From: a virus
Virus record (IMG/VR): IMGVR_UViG_3300042691_021691
Coordinates: 28,846-92,845 of that record
Direction: 5' to 3' (one strand)
DNA: 64,000 nt
The notes under the pieces were generated by a model. The model had not been told where the DNA came from. It searched no databases and saw nothing but the letters and a program-made list of their open reading frames with translations. The first letter of the stretch is position 1; the number at the start of each line of letters is the position of its first letter. A program made the translations under genes and the position numbers. Positions 1 through 7,059 of the stretch are shown one piece after another.

Positions 1-17
1 AAAGTTATAATAAATTT

Positions 18-596
18 ATGCAGTTAATTGAAGCAGATCCGCGCTCAGAACTACTGAAGAAGATGTATGAAAATTTCTCGGATCAGCTATCGATTGCTCC
101 TGCATCGTCTAAGTATCATTATCATAATGCATTTCCAGGAGGCTATCTCTGTCACGTAGTTCACGTAGCCGAGATTGCCGTGAAGTTAACTAAAGTGTAT
201 AGTGAAATGGATGGTAACGTAGACTATACTAAAGAAGAATTGGTATTTGCCGCGCTACATCATGATCTTGGCAAGCTAGGAACAGAAGATACTCCATATT
301 ACTTGGATCAAGATTCTGATTGGCATCGTAAGCGTGGAGAAATGTATAAGCACAATGATGCTATTCAGTATATGAAAGTGACGGATAGGGCACTATATAC
401 TCTACAAAAATATAATATTCCAGTAACAGAAAAGGAATTTATTGCTATCAAGCTTTCCGATGGATTGTATGATGACAGTAATAAATCATATTTAGTAAAT
501 CATTCGGTGTTTCCTATGAAAACAAATCTGCCATATATTATTCATTGGGCGGATCATATGGCTACATCGGCGGAAAGAGATTCTGCAAGATTTTAA
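18..596 (+). CDS. HD-domain metal-dependent phosphohydrolase (YhaM/Cbf-like HD fold)
   Basis: HNAFPGGYLCHV, ALHHDLGK and HWADHMA give the H...HD...D metal ligands. Confidence 0.85.
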   Translation: MQLIEADPRSELLKKMYENFSDQLSIAPASSKYHYHNAFPGGYLCHVVHVAEIAVKLTKVYSEMDGNVDYTKEELVFAALHHDLGKLGTEDTPYYLDQDSDWHRKRGEMYKHNDAIQYMKVTDRALYTLQKYNIPVTEKEFIAIKLSDGLYDDSNKSYLVNHSVFPMKTNLPYIIHWADHMATSAERDSARF

Positions 597-611
597 TGGT
601 TATGTAATATT

Positions 612-619
612 TATTTATA
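612..619 (+). promoter_or_regulatory. putative late promoter TATTTATA upstream of hsp20
   Basis: The same octamer recurs in intergenic gaps across the window; an overlapping TATTTATT lies at 608-615. Confidence 0.55.
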
Positions 620-672
620 GTCTCGCACCAACAATGGTGGAGACAACCAGGTATGCTCACTAATGAGATACC
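620..672 (+). promoter_or_regulatory. two tandem bulged-G hairpins in the hsp20 5' UTR
   Basis: GTCTC-G-CACCA-[ACAA]-TGGTG-GAGAC (620-644) and GGTAT-G-CTCA-[CTAA]-TGAG-ATACC (650-672). Confidence 0.7.
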
Positions 673-690
673 ATTTCTTAGGAGTCTTAT

Positions 691-1182
691 ATGACTAAAA
701 ATTCTTTATTGGTACGTCCGAGAAGTTGGGTGGGATCGGTTTTTAATGAACGTGATTCGTTTGTTAATTCATTTGATCAAATTTTCGATGAAATGCTTAA
801 GACACAGTTCCCAGAAGCATTTACCGAAATTGGCGCAAATCCAATTGGTAGAGCAGCGTATCCAAAGGTTAATGTAGTAGCAAAAGAAAATTCATTGGTT
901 ATTGAGGCGGAGCTAGCAGGACTGAAAAAGGAAGAAATTGATCTAGATGTTAAGGATACGATTCTAACAATTTCAGGAAAAGCTACTTCCACCGAAGCGG
1001 CAGAAAATACGGTTTATGTAATTAGAGAATTAAAGCGATCTGGTTTTAGTCGTGCATTTGTGCTTGGTAAACAATTTGATACTTCTAAAATTAGTGCAAC
1101 ATTTGAAAACGGGTTACTGACAATTGAAATTCCAAGATTTATTAAGGAAGACAGTAACCCACAAAAGGTTACGATTAAGTAA
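691..1182 (+). CDS. small heat shock protein (Hsp20/alpha-crystallin family)
   Basis: YPKVNV...AELAGLKKEEI...FSRAFVL...ISATFENGLLTIEIP and a C-terminal V-T-I (IXI) motif; SD AGGAG. Confidence 0.95.
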   Translation: MTKNSLLVRPRSWVGSVFNERDSFVNSFDQIFDEMLKTQFPEAFTEIGANPIGRAAYPKVNVVAKENSLVIEAELAGLKKEEIDLDVKDTILTISGKATSTEAAENTVYVIRELKRSGFSRAFVLGKQFDTSKISATFENGLLTIEIPRFIKEDSNPQKVTIK

Positions 1183-1201
1183 AAACCTTAAATAACTAGG
1201 A

Positions 1202-1302
1202 GGGCTAACGTAATGATTCGTAGTTTTAAATCAGCAGTAGTTAATCACAAAAACTATAACCGATATAACTAGGAGGTGATCCACATCGGTTATATTTAGC
1301 CC
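1202..1302 (+). ncRNA. structured RNA element displaying a 13-nt complement of the 16S rRNA 3' end in a hairpin loop
   Basis: Outer stem GGGCTAA(1202-1208)/TTAGCCC(1296-1302); inner stem TATAACCGAT(1255-1264)/ATCGGTTATA(1285-1294); loop contains AGGAGGTGATCCA (1271-1283). Confidence 0.6.
1213..1272 (+). CDS. 19-aa small ORF / leader-like peptide MIRSFKSAVVNHKNYNRYN
   Basis: Strong SD AGGAGG at 1198-1203, 9 nt before the ATG; stop TAG at 1270-1272; below the ORF-track size cutoff. Confidence 0.5.
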   Translation: MIRSFKSAVVNHKNYNRYN

Positions 1303-1325
1303 AAAACGTTAACCATGGAGATACT

Positions 1326-1360
1326 AACGGGGTCATTGAGAACCACTCTTTGACCCCGTT
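1326..1360 (+). terminator. terminator-like hairpin
   Basis: AACGGGGTCA/TGACCCCGTT 10-bp stem with an inner GAG/CTC; the U-tract is weak (TTCATTCATTT). Confidence 0.55.
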
Positions 1361-1383
1361 CATTCATTTGAATAGAGAAAATT

Positions 1384-2439
1384 ATGATAACACTACATAG
1401 ATTGATAGTATTTACGGCATTTTGTATAGCAGCGGCAGCAGCATATTTTTCAGTTACAGGAATAGGAAAATTATTTGCAGGTGCAGCTATGTCGGCAATG
1501 GTTATGGCAAGTGCGTTAGAATTAGGAAAGCTGGTATCGGTTTCATTCTTATATCGATATTGGAAAATTATACCTCGTGCATTAAAAACTTATATGACTG
1601 CTGGCAGTATAGTTTTAATAGCTATAACATCCGCTGGTATATATGGATATCTTTCATCTGCGTATGCTACAGTTGCCGCTACGCCATTAAAAATGAACGC
1701 AGATATACAAATTTTAGATGCACAGGCAAAAACTTTAGATGAAGAAATTCAAAGAAAGACAAATAGATTAGATCAAATTATTTCTCTTCGTGGACAGCAA
1801 GAATCTAGAATTGATAATTTGATTGCAAAAAGTACAACTGGTTCTAATACTACAATTAGAACGGCGCAAAATTCATTGCGAGAATTAGATAGAACAGCAT
1901 CGGCGTTACAACAAGAAATAAACAAAACATCCGCTCAACGTGATAGCCTACGGGCAAAAAGTCTAACAACAGGTGTTGAAATTAATACTAATTCCGACAT
2001 AGGAACTTTTATGTATATTGCAAATGCAATAGGAGTTCCATTAGATACTGTAGTTAAATGGTTTATATTAGTTATTGTCTTGGTGTTTGATCCTTTGTCT
2101 ATTAGCTTAGTATTAGCATATAATTTTCTAAAAATGCAAGAAACTAAAAGTGTGGAATCCAAGCCTATAGAAGATGAAAAGGAATTGCCGTTGTATACAC
2201 CGGAGCCAATAGCAGAAAAAATAGAATTGGTGGAAGCAGAAGAACTTACACCAGACATACCTGCTGTATTAGATTTGCCAACCGAAGAAGTAATTAATAA
2301 AATTGATTATAATCAAATATATAATGATCCAATGCCATATTATATGAATTCAAAATATGATTGGAACAAAGATCAACGATGGGAAACCGACCCATCTGCT
2401 ATAGCATTCAAAAGATATTTAGATAACAAAACCATATAA
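1384..2439 (+). CDS. multi-pass membrane protein with a long coiled coil, function unknown
   Basis: Three N-terminal hydrophobic helices, a heptad-rich middle, a further TM (WFILVIVLVFDPLSISLVLAYN) and an acidic tail. Confidence 0.8.
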   Translation: MITLHRLIVFTAFCIAAAAAYFSVTGIGKLFAGAAMSAMVMASALELGKLVSVSFLYRYWKIIPRALKTYMTAGSIVLIAITSAGIYGYLSSAYATVAATPLKMNADIQILDAQAKTLDEEIQRKTNRLDQIISLRGQQESRIDNLIAKSTTGSNTTIRTAQNSLRELDRTASALQQEINKTSAQRDSLRAKSLTTGVEINTNSDIGTFMYIANAIGVPLDTVVKWFILVIVLVFDPLSISLVLAYNFLKMQETKSVESKPIEDEKELPLYTPEPIAEKIELVEAEELTPDIPAVLDLPTEEVINKIDYNQIYNDPMPYYMNSKYDWNKDQRWETDPSAIAFKRYLDNKTI

Positions 2440-2443
2440 GCCC

Positions 2444-2472
2444 TTGACAAATACTAAATTATATAGTATATT
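2444..2472 (+). promoter_or_regulatory. sigma70-type promoter TTGACA-N17-TATATT
   Basis: TTGACA 2444-2449 and TATATT 2467-2472, in the gap before the UV endonuclease gene. Confidence 0.75.
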
Positions 2473-2515
2473 TTAGTATATTCTAATTCTTAGTATACTC
2501 TAGCTCAAGGATTTT

Positions 2516-3412
2516 ATGTCGCATCAAGTTGGTTACTGCTGTATTAATCTAACTCTACAAGATACTCGTAAAATTACAACTAATCGTGGCATGATTCAAC
2601 GAACGTTCCTTGAGCGAGGCGTTAATTATGCATCAGAGCTTGCATTACAAAATGCGCGTGACTTAGTAGAAATTATTAAATGGAATGCAGAAAATAATAT
2701 TAAAGTATTCCGACTATCATCCAATCTATTCCCTTGGAATTCTAAATATAAGCTATCAGACTTGCCCGACTACGATGCTATCTGTCAACATCTTCTAGCA
2801 GCGGGTAATCTTGCGCGTAATACGGGACAGAGAATTACTGCACATCCTGATCATTTTGTTAAGCTAGGTTCTACTAAGCCAGACGTAGTAGATAATGCCA
2901 TTCATGATCTCGAACACCATTCAGAAGTATTTGATCTTATGGGACTATCTGCTACGCATTATAATTGCCTTAACATTCACGTGGGTATGAATTTCGCAAC
3001 TGATACAGTTACTCGTTGGTTGCATGCATTTGATCGTCTATCCGATAACTGCAAAAAGAGACTAGTTGTAGAAAATGATGACAAAGCTTCGGCGTTTTCT
3101 GTTCAACAACTCTATGATAATATTTACAAGAATATTCGTATTCCAATTACATTTGATTATTTCCATCATCAATTTCATTCTGATGGGATTACCACAAAAG
3201 ATGCGGCAGTATTGTCGGCGTTTACGTGGGATGTTCGACCGCTGTTTCACTATAGTGAATCAAAAAATCTGAATGAAAACGTATCTGGTAACCCACGAGC
3301 ACACGCAGACTATGTGTTTAGTAAGATTGATGATTTTGATCTTAATATCGATGTAGATTTGGAAGCAAAAGCAAAAGAACTCGCACTATTAAAATACCGG
3401 AATCTATCATGA
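2516..3412 (+). CDS. uvsE: UV-damage endonuclease (UvdE/UVDE family)
   Basis: GYCCINLTL, FRLSSNLFPW, RITAHPDHF, NIHVG, RLVVENDD, FDYFHH, HYSES, AHADY and DLEAKAKELAL motifs. Confidence 0.95.
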   Translation: MSHQVGYCCINLTLQDTRKITTNRGMIQRTFLERGVNYASELALQNARDLVEIIKWNAENNIKVFRLSSNLFPWNSKYKLSDLPDYDAICQHLLAAGNLARNTGQRITAHPDHFVKLGSTKPDVVDNAIHDLEHHSEVFDLMGLSATHYNCLNIHVGMNFATDTVTRWLHAFDRLSDNCKKRLVVENDDKASAFSVQQLYDNIYKNIRIPITFDYFHHQFHSDGITTKDAAVLSAFTWDVRPLFHYSESKNLNENVSGNPRAHADYVFSKIDDFDLNIDVDLEAKAKELALLKYRNLS

Positions 3413-4041
3413 TTAGTTTTGCTATAACCACTCACAATGAAGGTGAGTATATTCAACAATTATTAAATCAGCTTATAACCCATACTAAAGTAACAGATAG
3501 CGAAATTGTTATTTTGGATGATTTTTCTGATGATGAACGAACGAATGACATATTGAATTGGGCACAACTCCAACCCAAAGTCACAGTAGAAAAGAGAAGT
3601 TTAAATAATAATTTTGCAGAACAAAAAAATTATTTAAATTCTCTTTGCAAAGGAGACTACATCTTTCAAATTGATGCGGATGAAATGCTACATCCGCATC
3701 TATTGTCGCATATAGATGCTATAATTAAATCAAATGCGGAAGTAGATTTGTTTATGGTTCCTAGAGTAAATATGGTCGAAGGATTAACGCCATCTGATAT
3801 AGAACGATGGGGATGGGTTGTTAATGAAAATAATTGGGTTATGTGGCCTGATTATCAAACTAGAATTTATAAAAATACTCTATCAATCAAGTGGGAAAGT
3901 GCAGTTCATGAAAGAATTTCTGGATATGATGTGGTGGCGAAATTACCTGCCGCAGAAGAATGGTCAATTTATCATATAAAAGATATTGATAGGCAGCGTA
4001 AACAAAATGATTATTACGAAACAATTCAACGGAAAATGTAA
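3409..4041 (+). CDS. glycosyltransferase family 2
   Basis: ISFAITTHNE, ILDDFSDD, FQIDADE (DxD), WPDYQTRIY and VHE motifs; ATGA-coupled to uvsE. Confidence 0.9.
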   Translation: MISFAITTHNEGEYIQQLLNQLITHTKVTDSEIVILDDFSDDERTNDILNWAQLQPKVTVEKRSLNNNFAEQKNYLNSLCKGDYIFQIDADEMLHPHLLSHIDAIIKSNAEVDLFMVPRVNMVEGLTPSDIERWGWVVNENNWVMWPDYQTRIYKNTLSIKWESAVHERISGYDVVAKLPAAEEWSIYHIKDIDRQRKQNDYYETIQRKM

Positions 4042-4043
4042 GT

Positions 4044-5078
4044 ATGTATGAATGCCTAACATATGATGATATAAATCTAGTTCCCGCCTATAGTGAGATC
4101 GAAAGCCGTCAAAATATTGATCTTACGACACAATTAACTACTAATTATAGTTTAATGGTTCCGCTCATCGCAAGTCCTATGGATACGGTATGTGATGTTG
4201 ATATGGCTATTGCAATGGCTGAAATGGGTGGTGTAGGATGTATTCATCGATTTATGTCCATTGAAGAGCAAGCGGAGCAAATACGGGATGTAAAATTTTC
4301 TATACGCGACAGCATCTATTATGAAAGATGGAACGGTATGGAAATTCCCTATATGGCTGCGGTTGGAGCCAATGGTGATTATTTAGAACGGGCACAAGAG
4401 TTGACAAATAAAGGTGCAAATGTTATATTAATTGATGTGGCACACGGACATCACAAATTTGTCAAAGATGCTATTGAAAATTTAAAGAACAAGCTACCAT
4501 CACACGTTGATATTATTGCTGGGAATGTAGCTACTGCTCAAGCTGCAATGGATTTAGAGGATTGGGGAGCTAATGCAATTCGAGTGGGTATAGGCGGCGG
4601 ATCATTATGCACAACCAGAATTAAAACTGGATTCGGTGTTCCTAATATTACATCACTAGAACAATCTTCTAATTCGACATCGGTTCCAATTATTGCATGT
4701 GGTGGAATTCGTTCAAGTGGAGACATTGCGAAAGCACTGGCTGTTGGGGCAAGCTCTGTAATTCTAGGTTCTTTATTAGCAGGAACAAAGGAAGCGCCTG
4801 GGGCAATTATTGAGAAGTCTACTGGTTTATATAAGCGTTATCGTGGGGCAGCTTCTTTGGAAACCAAGACAGTGCATGGTCAAGTGCAACGTAACGTGGA
4901 AGGGGAATCCACCGTAGTTCCGTTCAAAGGTGGGGCAAAATTTGTTATAGAAGGGTTATTGGATGGGCTTAGGTCGGCACTGTCATATGCAGGAGCACAA
5001 AGCTTATCTAAATTTAATCCTGAATATGTCAGAGTAACAAATGCAGGAATAACAGAAGGAAGACCGCATTTGTTATAA
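4044..5078 (+). CDS. IMPDH/GMP reductase family enzyme without CBS domains, more likely GMP reductase
   Basis: LTYDDINLVP, SPMDTV, IDVAHGH, AGNVAT, GIGGGSLCTTR (catalytic Cys), GGIRSSGDIAKALA, GLRSALSYAGA. Confidence 0.9.
   Translation: MYECLTYDDINLVPAYSEIESRQNIDLTTQLTTNYSLMVPLIASPMDTVCDVDMAIAMAEMGGVGCIHRFMSIEEQAEQIRDVKFSIRDSIYYERWNGMEIPYMAAVGANGDYLERAQELTNKGANVILIDVAHGHHKFVKDAIENLKNKLPSHVDIIAGNVATAQAAMDLEDWGANAIRVGIGGGSLCTTRIKTGFGVPNITSLEQSSNSTSVPIIACGGIRSSGDIAKALAVGASSVILGSLLAGTKEAPGAIIEKSTGLYKRYRGAASLETKTVHGQVQRNVEGESTVVPFKGGAKFVIEGLLDGLRSALSYAGAQSLSKFNPEYVRVTNAGITEGRPHLL
4401..4429 (+). promoter_or_regulatory. intragenic sigma70-type promoter TTGACA-N17-TATATT with extended -10 TG
   Basis: TTGACA 4401-4406, TG 4421-4422, TATATT 4424-4429; the first 10 nt (TTGACAAATA) are identical to the 2444 promoter. 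Confidence 0.55.
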
Positions 5079-5095
5079 CTTAATATGGAGATTAT

Positions 5096-5629
5096 ATGCT
5101 AATCAAAAAAACAATTATTTTAGTTTTTGTGGTGATCGCATTAATAACTACTAATCGTGTAGAAGCTTGGTTCCATATTCCTACACAAGCTATAAAATCA
5201 CAACCAACTGAATTGGAAAGATTTTTATCTCATATGGCATGGCGTGAGAGTAAAAATACATCTAGAATTGTCAACCAATTTGGTATGATGGGTAAATACC
5301 AGTTCAGCCCATCAACTGTTAGAGGATTAGGATTCAACGTTTCTCAGTCACAATTCTTACGGGACAGCGATTTACAAGATTCCGTTATGGTTGCATATAT
5401 GCGATCAAATAAGAAAGATTTGATAAAAATTATCAATCGATATGACGGACGAGTACACAAAGGCGTAAAGATCACCGAGGCAGGAATGCTCGCCGCTGCA
5501 CATTTGGGAGGAAGCAATAGTGTTGTAGCATGGTTTAATGATGATAGCTATTCTGGGAGAGCAGACGCAAATGGTACCAGTATTAGAAATTATATGTCAG
5601 AATTTAGTAAATATAAATTGGAGTTATAA
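5096..5629 (+). CDS. lysozyme-like / lytic transglycosylase-fold protein with an N-terminal signal peptide
   Basis: RES (catalytic Glu) ...GMMGKYQF...LAAAHLGG...DANGTSIRNY; hydrophobic N-terminus ending VEA. Confidence 0.75.
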   Translation: MLIKKTIILVFVVIALITTNRVEAWFHIPTQAIKSQPTELERFLSHMAWRESKNTSRIVNQFGMMGKYQFSPSTVRGLGFNVSQSQFLRDSDLQDSVMVAYMRSNKKDLIKIINRYDGRVHKGVKITEAGMLAAAHLGGSNSVVAWFNDDSYSGRADANGTSIRNYMSEFSKYKLEL

Positions 5630-5914
5630 ATGTTGCAAATGATAATTACAGTATTAATTGGAGTATATGTAGCGGGTAGTGTGTATATTATATGGAATCT
5701 GTTGAAGAAAACAGAAACTCAAGAGTTAGCTTTGATGTCTATGTATGCACAAATTTCTACCGTTTTATATACAATGAAAGTGTTAGATGAACGGCAAATG
5801 TTTGAATCCGATGATGAAGTTGGAACCGTATACGCCCAAGTATCAAATACTGTAAAGAGCTTACAAATAATCTTGGGAGAAAATATTGATGGAATTGAAA
5901 CAACAGAGGAATAA
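5630..5914 (+). CDS. small single-TM membrane protein
   Basis: N-terminal hydrophobic helix; directly abuts the upstream stop codon. Confidence 0.7.
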   Translation: MLQMIITVLIGVYVAGSVYIIWNLLKKTETQELALMSMYAQISTVLYTMKVLDERQMFESDDEVGTVYAQVSNTVKSLQIILGENIDGIETTEE

Positions 5915-6635
5915 ATTAGGAAGAGTATACTTTACAGATGAAACGGAAAACGCGATTGTAAAATACAATGAATCTAACGATCTCGACGAACGCGAAGAGA
6001 TTTTTAGAGAATATATTCATGCGCCATTGGATAAAATGGCAGAAAACATAATTAATAGATTTAAATTTCCTTATATGGATGGTACATTTGAGGAAATTAA
6101 GTCACAAGTAGTTGCATACTTAGTTATGAATTTACACAAATATACCGCCGACAAAGGAAAGGCGTTTTCGTATTTTTCAATTGTAGCAAAAAATTATTTA
6201 ATATTAAACAATAATAATTTTTACAAAGAAGAAAAGCGAGTTATCTATTTAACGGATAAAGAAGATGATACGCATTCAATAGAAGAATTACTAGTGGTGG
6301 ATACGCATCAGACCGAAATACGAAATGATTTACGAGACTTTTTAGAGTTATCTATTCAATTTTGGAATTTTAACATCCCAAGATTATTTAAAAAGAAGCG
6401 AGATGTAGAAATCGCATTTGCTGTAGTAAGATTAATGGAAAGAATAGATAGAATAGAGAATTTCAACAAAAAAGCTCTATACTTAATGATCCGAGAGATG
6501 ACCGATTATAAAACCTCTCACATTACAAAGGTCATCAATAAAATGAAAGGGATTATATTTAGACAACTAAATGAGTTTAGGCAAACTGGACACGTTTCAG
6601 ATCCCTCCAACTATTTTGTATATAAAAACAAATAA
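5889..6635 (+). CDS. phage late-transcription sigma factor (T4 gp55-like)
   Basis: YFTDETENAI...KMAENIINRFKF...LHKYTADKGKAFSYFSIVAKNYLI resembles sigma region 2 of gp55; second Met taken as the start. Confidence 0.7.
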   Translation: MELKQQRNKLGRVYFTDETENAIVKYNESNDLDEREEIFREYIHAPLDKMAENIINRFKFPYMDGTFEEIKSQVVAYLVMNLHKYTADKGKAFSYFSIVAKNYLILNNNNFYKEEKRVIYLTDKEDDTHSIEELLVVDTHQTEIRNDLRDFLELSIQFWNFNIPRLFKKKRDVEIAFAVVRLMERIDRIENFNKKALYLMIREMTDYKTSHITKVINKMKGIIFRQLNEFRQTGHVSDPSNYFVYKNK

Positions 6636-6641
6636 ATCTTA

Positions 6642-6649
6642 TATTTATA
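6642..6649 (+). promoter_or_regulatory. putative late promoter TATTTATA heading the baseplate operon
   Basis: Exact octamer in a 38-nt gap. Confidence 0.65.
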
Positions 6650-6673
6650 TAAGATACACTCTTACAAAATATT

Positions 6674-7057
6674 ATGTTTAATACAGAACTATTCCAGGGA
6701 AAGACGCTATCTGATGTGTTTGCGGACATCTATAAAAACACAGACGCCAAGCGCAGTCAAATAACTACATTTATTACCAAACTGGTGACCTTAATTAGGA
6801 CACCAGAGGATGCCACTATCATAGGTCCAGTTATAAAAGAATTTTTAGACGTATCTGTGAAAAATGATGAGCATATCGTGCGTCTAGCACAGATTGTACA
6901 GAGACTTGAATTGGTAACTGCTAAAGGGTCATCTACCGGCGATTTATTGAGCGATGAAGAAAAACTTCAATTGCTGGCAAATATAAATGAAGAGGTAGAA
7001 GCAGTACATAGACAAGTTTTAGAAGATGAAATTACCAATTTAAAAAGTAATATTTAA
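6674..7057 (+). CDS. hypothetical helical protein
   Basis: Clean ORF, first gene after the late motif. Confidence 0.75.
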   Translation: MFNTELFQGKTLSDVFADIYKNTDAKRSQITTFITKLVTLIRTPEDATIIGPVIKEFLDVSVKNDEHIVRLAQIVQRLELVTAKGSSTGDLLSDEEKLQLLANINEEVEAVHRQVLEDEITNLKSNI

Positions 7058-7059
7058 TT

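Noticed and set aside
1271-1283. 16S rRNA gene fragment on the minus strand
   Set aside because: The match stops at 13 nt and the flanks do not continue into 16S helix 45; treated as an SD-like element instead
1315-1353. 12-codon ORF MEILTGSLRTTL as the target of the extended SD at 1271-1283
   Set aside because: The ATG is about 30 nt from the SD-like sequence and the ORF runs through the terminator-like hairpin
6674-7057. Terminase small subunit assignment (also considered for 35679-36242)
   Set aside because: Size is compatible but no diagnostic motif could be recognised
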